This document shows, piece by piece, positions 9,005 to 18,342 of a stretch of DNA of 56,269 nucleotides. The notes under the pieces were generated by a model, which was given only the letters and a program-made list of their open reading frames with translations, did no database searches and had not been told where the DNA came from. The translations under genes were made by a program, and so were the position numbers. Source of the DNA: Deltaproteobacteria bacterium (GTDB lineage: Bacteria; SAR324; NAC60-12); NCBI GenBank assembly GCA_002683655.1, contig NYTS01000098.1:1-56269 (forward strand), read 5' to 3'. The stretch's first letter is position 1; each line of letters starts with the position of its first letter.

Positions 9005-10111
9005 TTAATGGATTACCTTGAGAATCTGCTTCAAAACAATCTGCGTCTCTTCATCGTTAACCGTCATTGGATTGAGAAGGATGGCGTTTAGTTTCTCAGA
9101 GGGAGCAACAGATACTGCAGGTTGGCCTGCCATCAACTGGTCCACTAGTTGATCCTTTGACCAATGGTCTGGAAGCTGAACAAGGGCTCTTGGAACCGGT
9201 TGTCCTGCTTCATTGGGATAATCCCTTTTGGCTGAGAGTCCACCTTTTCCGTTCAAGCCCTGGATCCAGACCCGAACACGCTGCTCGTAAACTTCCAGCA
9301 ACTGTTCGTGATCAAGGCTCACGTAGCGCTCTACGGCAGCTAAGAGGCCCATCATTTCCTCCTTGCCCACCTTCATTGGTCTCCCCACGCCGTGATTGGG
9401 AGCACCCAACAACCTGATTCTCTCAATCCATTCTGACTTTCCCACTACTAGTCCAGATACCTGTGGGCCTGACAAGTCCTTGCCACCACTGAAAATTGCC
9501 AGATCTGCTCCTAATTGAGTAAAGTTCCACAAATTGCTGGCTGGTGGCAACTGGGCAGCTCCATCCACAATGACAGGTACACCCTGATTTTTGGCGGATT
9601 GAATGACATTTTCCAAAGATAGCTCGCTCGGCTGATTCATCGCACCCTGAAACCAGAAAATAGCGACAGTCGAAGCGCTGTAAGCGTTTTCCAAGTCCTC
9701 TAAGGAAGTTCCATCCATTGTCCCGATTTCCACCAGAGAGGCTCCTGCTTGCCGCACAGCATAGTCGTAAGGATTCCGGTGCATCCTTTGAACAATGACC
9801 TCATTCTGAGTTCCGAGTGAATTGGGGAAGCTCTCAAAGGTTGCTCCTGAAACTTTTTGGATGCATGCAACCGTTGCCAGCAGCAACCCTGTTGCAGCAC
9901 CACAACTTACAAAGGCAGCTTCATTCCGTGTGATTTCTGCCAAGCGAGCCCCAACTTTCTGCTGAAGCTCATGCATGTCAACGAAGGATTGAGCACCATC
10001 CTGCATTGCTTGACGAACCTCTGCAGGCATCAACGAACCACCGAGTTTCGTGAGGGTAGCATTCGCATTGATAACAGGCCGAATCCCAAGCGATTTGTAA
10101 TTCGAACTCAT
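9005..10111 (-). CDS. SelA-like PLP-dependent enzyme (D-glucosaminate-6-phosphate ammonia-lyase DgaE-like family)
   Basis: The N-terminus GIRPVINANATLTKLGGSLMP and the PLP-lysine region FSGGKDLSGPQVSG are characteristic of the SelA/DgaE fold-type I family. Confidence 0.7.
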   Translation of the reverse strand: MSSNYKSLGIRPVINANATLTKLGGSLMPAEVRQAMQDGAQSFVDMHELQQKVGARLAEITRNEAAFVSCGAATGLLLATVACIQKVSGATFESFPNSLGTQNEVIVQRMHRNPYDYAVRQAGASLVEIGTMDGTSLEDLENAYSASTVAIFWFQGAMNQPSELSLENVIQSAKNQGVPVIVDGAAQLPPASNLWNFTQLGADLAIFSGGKDLSGPQVSGLVVGKSEWIERIRLLGAPNHGVGRPMKVGKEEMMGLLAAVERYVSLDHEQLLEVYEQRVRVWIQGLNGKGGLSAKRDYPNEAGQPVPRALVQLPDHWSKDQLVDQLMAGQPAVSVAPSEKLNAILLNPMTVNDEETQIVLKQILKVIH

Positions 10112-10169
10112 GGATTCCTTTCGGGGAACATATGTTTTAGCAGTGATGAATCTTCATTACGTCAGGCCT

Positions 10170-10706
10170 TTATCTCTCTGAATCTGATAAAACATGATCT
10201 TGCTGCAACAAGCCTACACCGTAGAATTCGTATGAGGCAGCTTCATCCGGGAAGTCGACAACATGAACAGTAAAACGAGCTGGAACTCCATTTTGTGGAC
10301 ATTTCTCCTTGAAGAAATTGCGGTAAGCCATTGCATACTCTGTACGAACTCTTTCCTGCTCTTTACGATAACCTGCTGGATCAGACAGCGGACTGGGAGA
10401 CTTTGGTTGGGCTCCAAATGCGTGAATTTCGATGAAGTCTATTTCAGCAATGGACTGACAGATTCCAGCCTCCTGTAACCAATATTCCCAGCAACGAAAG
10501 ACCAGTGGAACTTCAATCGCAGGTTCCATACTGGTAACTGAATCCAACTGAAGAACCTTTGTTGCAGAGTGTCCTCCAGTAAGCCCTGAGAAGTGAATTC
10601 GAAGGTCTCCATCAGGTTGTTTTTCTACCACCATTGCTGACAAGACAGGATTTTCACCCTCATAATAGTATGTTAACTTTCCACGTTTCTTTACCAAAAA
10701 AGTCAT
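10170..10706 (-). CDS. Hypothetical protein, no recognisable family
   Basis: The ORF sits inside the same-strand operon. ATG 10706 (MTFLVKKRG...) is preceded by an AAGAGGA RBS. I recognise no motifs. Confidence 0.55.
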   Translation of the reverse strand: MTFLVKKRGKLTYYYEGENPVLSAMVVEKQPDGDLRIHFSGLTGGHSATKVLQLDSVTSMEPAIEVPLVFRCWEYWLQEAGICQSIAEIDFIEIHAFGAQPKSPSPLSDPAGYRKEQERVRTEYAMAYRNFFKEKCPQNGVPARFTVHVVDFPDEAASYEFYGVGLLQQDHVLSDSER

Positions 10707-10795
10707 TTTCAATCCTCTTAAAATGTTAGGTTTGATCAGCAAACTTTGGATTTTGATTTAGCAGATCTAAACTAATATCACTTACAAAATAGGCT

Positions 10796-11503
10796 TTATG
10801 AGGCCGGTCTAGCCTTTGGAGTCCAGCCCAACATACGTTCGGCCTTAGCCATGCACATGATCTTCTGCTCAAAGTCTCCACTGATCATGAAAGCCTGAAA
10901 ACCGGCCTTTAGTTCAAGTGCTGCCAACATTGCAGAAGCAACATCTTCATCAGTTGTGGCTATTGTAGTAACTCCCTGTTGGGTCTCACGCATCCACTTT
11001 TTTTTGAGGGTGGGGTGACATAGACGCAGAGCATTCGTATGCATTCCCCATCTTCTCCAGGCATTTCGACAAATTTCCTCACCCAGCCACTTTGTGAAAC
11101 CATAAAGCGCTGTTTCATCTGGTTGGATTTCCTCATCTTGAAAGTAGCGCCTCCGAAGATCTGCATAGACCGACATACTGCTGCAGTAAACAGCCTGTCC
11201 AATCCCTGCTGCCTGAGCGCTTCTTAACAAGAAATGTAGACCCTTGACATTCACATCGTAAGCAGAGTCAACACCTTGCAGGGTGTGCCAGTCTTCACTA
11301 CCCATTGCCAAATAGATCAACGCATCCATCCCCTCAACGGCTTTTTCTAAACCAACAGGATCTATTAATTCTCCTTGAAGAAATTCAAGCGATTGATCCA
11401 CCGGGGGATTTCGATCATAAATTCGTAGTTGATGCTGCTTTGCTAGAAAGGGGATAACTAGGGTTGCTACCCGACCACTACCCCCCGCAAGAAGAACTTT
11501 CAT
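10796..11503 (-). CDS. NAD(P)-dependent epimerase/dehydratase-family (extended SDR) protein
   Basis: The N-terminal Rossmann motif is MKVLLAGGSGRVA, and a Y-x3-K-like YGFTKWLGE region follows. ATG 11503 is preferred to the upstream start in the ORF track. Confidence 0.7.
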   Translation of the reverse strand: MKVLLAGGSGRVATLVIPFLAKQHQLRIYDRNPPVDQSLEFLQGELIDPVGLEKAVEGMDALIYLAMGSEDWHTLQGVDSAYDVNVKGLHFLLRSAQAAGIGQAVYCSSMSVYADLRRRYFQDEEIQPDETALYGFTKWLGEEICRNAWRRWGMHTNALRLCHPTLKKKWMRETQQGVTTIATTDEDVASAMLAALELKAGFQAFMISGDFEQKIMCMAKAERMLGWTPKARPAS

Positions 11504-11536
11504 TCGATTTCCATAAAGCAAGTAAAGTTAATAAAT

Positions 11537-12373
11537 TCAACCTTTTAAAGCACCTGTCGTGATGCCATCCTGAATCTGCTTTTGAAATGTTATATAGACA
11601 ATTAAGGTAGGCACCATAATGATTGTTAACGCTGCAAACAGAGCGCTCCAGTCATTCTCATAGAATTGCTTGAACAGCATGAAAGCCAGACCTTGGGAGA
11701 GCATGTACTTACTCTCATCACTGATCAATACCAGGGGCAAAATATACTGGTTCCACATACCCAAAAAGTTGAAAATACCCATGCTGATCAATCCAGGTGA
11801 CGCCATAGGTAGCATCACCTTGAAGAACACCTGATAGGGGTTAGCACCATCCATAATCGCCGATTCTTCTATTTCAGTCGGGAGAGTCTTGAAGAAGCCT
11901 GTCAGAAAAAAAATGGTGAAGGGGAGAGAATAGGCGATGTAGACTAGAATCAATCCATGGAAGGTGTTGAGCATCTTTAATTGATTTACCAAGTTAAAGA
12001 GCGGCACTAGAGCTAGAAAAACAGGGAAAAGCATTCCAGAAAGAAACATGTAGAAGAGGAAACGCCGTCCAACAAATTCAAATCTTGCCAAGACGTAAGC
12101 TGCCATCGCGGAGATAATTAACGTCAACAGCAGAGCAGGAACAACAACAATCAGAGTATTTAGAAGATAATCTCCCACATGAGCTTTGCTCCAGGCTCTT
12201 GCGAAGTTATCCCACTGCAGTTCTACGGGTGGAGCCCATGGGCTGAAGAACAATTCCTGATCTGTCTTGAAGGAACTGTAGATCATCCAGATCATTGGAA
12301 AAATCACTGTCACAGCCCAACCGATCAGAACCGTTTGCGTGGAAACGGCCGACCAGCGGCTCACTTGGTACAT
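11537..12373 (-). CDS. Carbohydrate ABC transporter permease (MalG/CUT1 type)
   Basis: 278-aa multi-pass hydrophobic protein with the binding-protein-dependent transporter EAA-type loop (EESAIMDGANPYQVFFKVMLP). Confidence 0.85.
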   Translation of the reverse strand: MYQVSRWSAVSTQTVLIGWAVTVIFPMIWMIYSSFKTDQELFFSPWAPPVELQWDNFARAWSKAHVGDYLLNTLIVVVPALLLTLIISAMAAYVLARFEFVGRRFLFYMFLSGMLFPVFLALVPLFNLVNQLKMLNTFHGLILVYIAYSLPFTIFFLTGFFKTLPTEIEESAIMDGANPYQVFFKVMLPMASPGLISMGIFNFLGMWNQYILPLVLISDESKYMLSQGLAFMLFKQFYENDWSALFAALTIIMVPTLIVYITFQKQIQDGITTGALKG

Positions 12374-12381
12374 GCAAACTC

Positions 12382-13257
12382 CTAGAATTCAATCGTCTCT
12401 CTACGCGTCACGCGGAAAATCAGTAATGTCAGAACGATGACAATGATGAAGTAAACCATTGCAATACTGGTGGCATATCCAAAACGACTATGTAAGAAAG
12501 CGTGCTCGTATAAGAGCGTAGCCAACACATCAGTAGAACGATCAGGTCCTCCCTGTGTCATCGTGAAGGTAATGCCAAACATGTCCATCGCTATCACAGT
12601 GATGAAAACAAGCGAGGATCGAGTGTTTTCCCAAAGTAAGGGAAATGTGATTCGAAAAAAGGTTGATCCTCTACCGGCCCCATCCAGCGCTGCAGCTTCA
12701 TAGAGGGATTTTGGGATGGACAGCATTCCCGCCATGAAAATCACCATAAAGAATCCTGCCGACTGCCAGACCGTTACGGCCACAATCGACCAGAGAGCTG
12801 TATCAGGATCCCCCAGCCAAATAGGTGGATTCTCAATTCCAACCGCTTTGAGAAGTGAACTAAAGATGCCGATAGTTGGATGATAAACAAAACTCCAGAG
12901 AATCCCAATTGCCACCACTGACATCACTTGTGGAAAGAAGAAAGTAACCCGATAGAAATTACTGAAGCGGACCTTTTGAGAAATCATGAAGGCCATGAAC
13001 AGTGCAAAACCAAGAGTGATGATTGGCAAAAAAACTAGATAAATCAGATTGTTTGAGAGTGCATTCCAAAATTTATCATCACCAAGCATTTTTTCAAAGT
13101 TGTCGAGACCCACAAATCTTGGAGACTTTCGGAGGCCTTTCCATTTTGTGAAGGCCACATACATTGCCTGTGCGTATGGATAAATTACGAATAGACTGTA
13201 GAGAATCAGTGCAGGAGCTAGGAAGGGGAGGATGATCCCGTACTTGTTACGACGCAT
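12382..13257 (-). CDS. Carbohydrate ABC transporter permease (MalF/CUT1 type)
   Basis: 291-aa multi-pass hydrophobic protein with the EAA loop YEAAALDGAGRGSTFFRITFP. It is adjacent to the second permease and the SBP gene. Confidence 0.85.
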   Translation of the reverse strand: MRRNKYGIILPFLAPALILYSLFVIYPYAQAMYVAFTKWKGLRKSPRFVGLDNFEKMLGDDKFWNALSNNLIYLVFLPIITLGFALFMAFMISQKVRFSNFYRVTFFFPQVMSVVAIGILWSFVYHPTIGIFSSLLKAVGIENPPIWLGDPDTALWSIVAVTVWQSAGFFMVIFMAGMLSIPKSLYEAAALDGAGRGSTFFRITFPLLWENTRSSLVFITVIAMDMFGITFTMTQGGPDRSTDVLATLLYEHAFLHSRFGYATSIAMVYFIIVIVLTLLIFRVTRRETIEF

Positions 13258-13423
13258 AACGGAGTCTGTTCAATCATAAGGATCTAAGGTTTCCTCATCA
13301 GAGGAAGGGAGGTTGGCAGCTGTACTCAGCGGTTCTTTCCAACTGCCATATGAACTATCTTGTCAACGCATACAAAGGTAGCGGAATTCGTGAGACACCT
13401 TTTTTAGAATGTTTTCTCAATCG

Positions 13424-14821
13424 TTAGGATCTCTTGAACTTAACAATGTCTTCATCTTCACGGACTTCATCAGAGGCACCCTGAACTCGCTCGATGAATT
13501 CCTCTGCACTTGCACGACCTGTCAGAAGAGCACCCATGCTATCCTTGACTTCGCTGTAGATGTCCGAGTACCAGCCTGGGAAGGATGGTCTGTCTAGGAT
13601 GTTAGGCCCTGCATTTTCTACTGCGGTGAGTGCAGAAGTCATTGCAGAACTTAAGTCTACGCCCTCTGCTCCACCTACCACTGGCATAATTGAACCCACA
13701 TTCTGGGCAAACCACTTTGCCGACTCCTTGCTCAGCAAGCAGCGTAAAAACTCCATACCTGCAACTGGGTTTTTTCCATTAGAAAAGACCATGAATGGTT
13801 CACCAGAACTCGCATCAATCCAGCTTAATTTGGAAGCATCGTCAGAAGGTACTGGCTTGATGACCATGTCGAATCCACCAGGGGTGATGCTGCGCATTTC
13901 ATTTTCCAGCCAGGTTCCACATGGAATGAAGGCGGCTTTCTTCTGCAGCCACTCCGCCTGAGATTCTGTATGGGTCAGTCCAGGAGTACCTTCCATAATG
14001 TAGCCATTGTCATGCAAGGCCTTCATCATGTTAAGTGCCTGCAGCATCGCAGGATGCTCCCAAGCGCCAGGAACCAAGTTATCAACATCTTTCCAAATCT
14101 TTGTCCCACCAATTTTAGAGACCATTGGTTCCAGAAGACCAAAGAGCATGTATTGTGGATACTTTCCTTGGTAGGTCCAAGGCGCAATGCCCGATGACTT
14201 GATCGTGTCACAAAGCGAGAGCATTCCGTCCCAGGTGGTTGGGTAATTCCAGCCCTTCTCATCGAACAAAGTCTTGCTATGCCAAACTCCAAAGACTGTG
14301 AAGGCAATGTTCACGTAGCGCTGTACACCATCGAAAAGACCAGAAGTTTGTGACCCAGGAAACAAAGTTTCACCAAATGTCTTGCCTGGAGTATCTAGAG
14401 CTGGTGCTGACATCAGCGGCCCAAGATCCATTATTTCTCCTTCACCAACCAGCGCTCCTGTGTCGAGGTTTCCAGCTCCACTGTTGTCAATTACGTCTGG
14501 CGGATCCCCTGCGATGATTCTGGGCCGTAAGCGTTCACCAACTCTCTGTATTCCCTCCACAGACATACTGCTGCCAGGGTGGACTTCTGCAAAAATTTCT
14601 GCTGCGTACTCAATGTAAGCGTGCCCAAATCCACCACTGAAGAATACACCCTCAGCCTGGGTGTTCGCTGCCAAACCCAAGGGATTTGCTGCACTTGAAG
14701 CTACATTAATTCCTGTTTTGGCAAGCAAAATCTGCGGCAATATCGAACTGAGCCCAATACCCAGACCCGCTGCACCCGTGTATTCAATAAAGTGTCTTCG
14801 TGAAATTCCCGATTTTTTCAT
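13424..14821 (-). CDS. Carbohydrate ABC transporter substrate-binding protein with Tat-type signal peptide
   Basis: MKKSGISRRHFIEYTGAAGLGIG is a twin-arginine-like leader. At about 465 aa it has the size of family-1 solute-binding proteins. ATG 14821 has a GGAG RBS. No ATPase gene is present in the operon. Confidence 0.8.
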   Translation of the reverse strand: MKKSGISRRHFIEYTGAAGLGIGLSSILPQILLAKTGINVASSAANPLGLAANTQAEGVFFSGGFGHAYIEYAAEIFAEVHPGSSMSVEGIQRVGERLRPRIIAGDPPDVIDNSGAGNLDTGALVGEGEIMDLGPLMSAPALDTPGKTFGETLFPGSQTSGLFDGVQRYVNIAFTVFGVWHSKTLFDEKGWNYPTTWDGMLSLCDTIKSSGIAPWTYQGKYPQYMLFGLLEPMVSKIGGTKIWKDVDNLVPGAWEHPAMLQALNMMKALHDNGYIMEGTPGLTHTESQAEWLQKKAAFIPCGTWLENEMRSITPGGFDMVIKPVPSDDASKLSWIDASSGEPFMVFSNGKNPVAGMEFLRCLLSKESAKWFAQNVGSIMPVVGGAEGVDLSSAMTSALTAVENAGPNILDRPSFPGWYSDIYSEVKDSMGALLTGRASAEEFIERVQGASDEVREDEDIVKFKRS

Positions 14822-15099
14822 GTGAGCTCCAATGAGGAGATGAGGTGAAAAATTCCTCATCGAAATCGTATTTGCTCAAAGACCCTAATTTGTCCTTGAG
14901 AACCTCAATCGCAGGCGCGAAATTACAACAACTCGATTCATCAGACAACTTTTTTTTGAAGGGCCGGAAGTTGCTACGATTATTTTATGTTTTCTTGTTT
15001 TAATTGTCTGTGGCTTCCGCGCAATCAAAGGAATGCCTCTCTAATGTTTTCAAAAATTTTCAAACCGGCTCACTACACTCATATTTCAGTTCCCAATTT

Positions 15100-16071
15100 A
15101 TGGATAAAAAACCCGTACTTCCCATTATTTTTGGAATCCCAGGCTTGGAGATTGAAAAGGGATGGGCTGATTTTTTTCAAAGAGTCTCCCCCTTTGGCTT
15201 TATTCTATTTGCAAGAAATCTGAAGGAACCAAAGCAAATCAAGCGGTTGGTTCAACAATTTCACGAAGTTTGTAATCGTGATGATCTTGCCATCTTGATT
15301 GATGAAGAAGGAGGGCGTGTTCAGAGATTGCCGCAGCCCAATTGGAAGCGCTATCCCTCCGCAAGATCACTCGTGGAAGATGGAGGGAGTGAGGAGAAAA
15401 TCCAACAAAGGATTCACCAAAATTATTGCGAACTTGGCAAAGGACTCAAAGAGTTGGGCATTACTGTGGATGCTGCTCCTGTAGCTGATCTACTAATACC
15501 CGATGCTCATGACGTAATTGGAGATCGTGCTTTTGCTTCAGATCCGAAGAATGTCGCTGGGTTTGCAAGAGCCTGTGCTAATGGACTAGGTGAAGTGGGA
15601 GTCATTCCAACACTCAAGCATCTGCCAGGCTATGGACGGGCGGCTGTAGATCCTCACGAAGAACTGCCGATTGTTCGGGAGACCGAGGATTTCTTGAAAA
15701 AATCAGATTTTCTTCCTTTTCAGATGCTAGCGGACCTTCCATGGGGTATGAGCAGTCACTTGCTATTCCCTGAACTGGATGAAAAATGGCCGGCCACACT
15801 CTCTAAAAAAATCATCAGCGACATCATTCGTGATTGGATTGGTTTTAAAGGAATGCTGGTCACAGATTGTTTGTTCATGAAGGCACTTTCCGGAACGATG
15901 CCCGAGAGAATTCAACGTTGCCTTGAGGTGGGGTGTGATCTTGCCCTTCATAGTCACGGAGAACTAGCGGACTTAGAAAAAGCAGTGGTGGGAATGCAGC
16001 CAATCTCAGCTCTTTCTTTGGAACGTTGGGAGAAATCTTTAGATTGGGTTAAAGAAAAAGCACACTTTTGA
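15100..16071 (+). CDS. nagZ: Beta-N-acetylhexosaminidase, GH3 NagZ type
   Basis: Family motifs are present: IDEEGGRVQRL, GDRAF and KHLPGYGRAAVDPHEELP. ATG 15100 (MDKKPVLPIIFG) is preferred over the upstream TTG at 15004. Confidence 0.85.
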   Translation: MDKKPVLPIIFGIPGLEIEKGWADFFQRVSPFGFILFARNLKEPKQIKRLVQQFHEVCNRDDLAILIDEEGGRVQRLPQPNWKRYPSARSLVEDGGSEEKIQQRIHQNYCELGKGLKELGITVDAAPVADLLIPDAHDVIGDRAFASDPKNVAGFARACANGLGEVGVIPTLKHLPGYGRAAVDPHEELPIVRETEDFLKKSDFLPFQMLADLPWGMSSHLLFPELDEKWPATLSKKIISDIIRDWIGFKGMLVTDCLFMKALSGTMPERIQRCLEVGCDLALHSHGELADLEKAVVGMQPISALSLERWEKSLDWVKEKAHF

Positions 16072-16098
16072 GTCATTTTTCAAAAAATTGTTTTTAAA

Positions 16099-17157
16099 TT
16101 AACTATTCTTGTGTTGATAAGCTTGGTTAAGTCGACTTCGCAGATCAGAGATGAATCCTTCACTGATGCTCACATCGTGAGCAATAGAATGCCAGAGGCC
16201 AACTTCGTTTACATAGCCACGCAAAAGCTTAAGTCCCTCCACCAATTGATCCCAGGTCAGCCCCATTGCTTCTGGCCTGATGTCCAATCCAATACTTGAG
16301 ATAGTATCCAACATTTCCTCAGATCCATCCTCATGAAGCATTGAACCAACTATCACCCCCAGGCCAACAGGCTGGCCATGCAAGAACTTCTTTCCGGTTA
16401 GTTTTTCAAGAGTATAAAAAAGGAAGTGATCAGTCCCTTCGATGTGTCGAGGACACCAGCCAGCGCCATGATAACTGGTCCCCCATTTCAAACCATCAAC
16501 CAATGCCTCAATTCCCTGATCATTCATCACCCGTATGTTGTCAATATTCTCAACAATCCCTCTAACTTTTCTTAAAGATTGTTGCGCGAGTCCTTCATCG
16601 TATCGCCACTTTTCCTCGATCTTGCCCTCACGTTCTGCATAGTGCCAATCCAAAACACCAGTATGAAAGCATAGGATGTCCCCAATTCCAGACCAGTTTA
16701 AAGCAGGAGGGCAGGCTGCCAGGACATCATAATCAATGTAAATCGATTGTGGGATTGCCCAGCCTCTGTAGACCACTTTACCATCGATACGGATTCCTGA
16801 ACGCTGCCCGTAGACCGCATTAACAGAGAGTGCTGTGGGTGCCTGAAAGAGCGGGAGGTTTTTTCGCCAACTGAAATACTTAGCTACATCGATTGCTTGG
16901 CCTCCTCCAAGACCCACAACCGCCCGAATTTCACCAAGATTTTCAGCTTCACGATTCAGATCTTCCTGCTCGATTGAGCCACAGAAATAAGGTTTGCAAT
17001 CAGCTCCTTCAAAGTGATGTCCAAAAAGTGGCCATAGATCCTCCATGGTAACAACCAGGAAAGGAGGGTTAACAAAATTCTTAAATTCATCGAGTAGTCC
17101 ACGACCAAAGATTGTTGGGAAGCCATAAGGGATTTCCTTGCTGAGTGAATTATGCAT
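16099..17157 (-). CDS. Iron-containing alcohol dehydrogenase-fold protein (glycerol-1-phosphate/glycerol dehydrogenase-like)
   Basis: It has the glycine-rich NAD motif GLGGGQAIDVAKY and a His-containing metal region (HGQPVGLG), and its length is 352 aa. Confidence 0.65.
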   Translation of the reverse strand: MHNSLSKEIPYGFPTIFGRGLLDEFKNFVNPPFLVVTMEDLWPLFGHHFEGADCKPYFCGSIEQEDLNREAENLGEIRAVVGLGGGQAIDVAKYFSWRKNLPLFQAPTALSVNAVYGQRSGIRIDGKVVYRGWAIPQSIYIDYDVLAACPPALNWSGIGDILCFHTGVLDWHYAEREGKIEEKWRYDEGLAQQSLRKVRGIVENIDNIRVMNDQGIEALVDGLKWGTSYHGAGWCPRHIEGTDHFLFYTLEKLTGKKFLHGQPVGLGVIVGSMLHEDGSEEMLDTISSIGLDIRPEAMGLTWDQLVEGLKLLRGYVNEVGLWHSIAHDVSISEGFISDLRSRLNQAYQHKNS

Positions 17158-17333
17158 AGAGTTCCGAAGTTGCTAGTTTAGCTCTGAAAAAAGTTATCTT
17201 ATTCTGGACCAAAGCTTTTAGCTGAAGTGTCCTTTCCGTTCAAGAAAGATTTTTTGATGAACATTTTTTACTAGACAAAATTTGGAATACCAAATACCTT
17301 TTCCGACTCTTTAACATTCTCAAAGGAGGAACC

Positions 17334-18284
17334 ATGAAGAAACTATTCACGACCGCATTGGCAGCGGTGATGCTGCTTGGTGGCACACTGGTCAGTGCTA
17401 GTGACTATCCAAATAAAACCGTGGAGGTGATTACCCACGCTGGAGCTGGTGGGGGAACCGACGTCACAGCTAGGATGATGATGCTTCGGGCATGAAGAGT
17501 GTTGGGCCAAGACATGGTCGTTGTCAACAAGCGGGGTGGTGGTGGATCTGTGGCCATGGATTACTATTTGACTCAGCCAGCTGATGGCTATTCTATTCTA
17601 ACCTTTACGATCGGACACGCCGCTGAACTGGCAAAAAACAAAACCAAGATGACGTTGGATGATGTCCGTCCAATCGCCAGAGGGACAGATGACCCGCAAA
17701 TTTTGATGGTGCGGTGTGGAGTCTATGACAGTGCACAGAGCTTCGTGAATGCCCAAAAGTATAAACCTTTAACTTACGGAACCACCCATCTGGGGAATAT
17801 TGATGACGTATCGGCATTCATGTTTACGAAGCGTGGGAACCTAGCTACCCCTAAAATTGTACCCTTTGATGGTGGTGGGGAATTGGCTACCCAATTGGTG
17901 GCAGGTGCTGTGGACGTCGGTGTATTGAACCTAGCAGAAGCTGGAGCCCAAATCGAAGCAGGAGATATCTGCCCAATCGTTGTTCTTGCCGACGAAAGAA
18001 TGTCTGCTATTTCAGATGTCTCTACTGCAAAAGAGTTGGGAATCCCTGTTAGTTTTTCAACTGTTAGGGGGTTTGTCGTCCATAAGAGTGTCCCAGATGA
18101 AATCGCTGAAAAGATTGAAGATTCTCTTGTTAAAGCGATGAAACACGGAGTCTATCAAGGTTTCTTGACCTCAGTGGGATTGGACTCCACATCAGTAGCC
18201 GGCTCTGAAGTATGGGGTAACCAACTGCAAACGATGGTTACCGATATGAAAGATGCCCTTACCGAATTGGGTTTTATTCAATAA
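17334..18284 (+). pseudogene. tctC: Tripartite tricarboxylate transporter substrate-binding protein TctC with an in-frame TGA at 17493-17495
   Basis: A strong RBS AAAGGAGGA precedes ATG 17334. It is followed by a signal peptide and HAGAGGGTDVTAR, then TGA. The same frame continues RVLGQDMVVVNKRGGGGS through to stop 18282-18284. Confidence 0.8.
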
Positions 18285-18342
18285 TTGCTTTCATTGTGCC
18301 CCATTTCTGTGGGGTACATCCTCCCTTTTTTATCATCCTACC

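Noticed and set aside
15004-15099. 32-codon N-terminal extension of nagZ given in the ORF track
   Set aside because: The extension starts at a non-ATG codon, has no family similarity and is low-complexity. The conserved NagZ N-terminus begins at ATG 15100.
17493-17560. Selenocysteine recoding of the in-frame TGA in tctC
   Set aside because: I see no convincing stem-loop in the 60 nt after the TGA; there is only a weak gttg...caac pairing. TctC is not a known selenoprotein family. The SelA-like gene at 9005..10111 belongs to the DgaE-type branch and is not evidence of a Sec system. The idea is kept only as a low-probability alternative in the finding.
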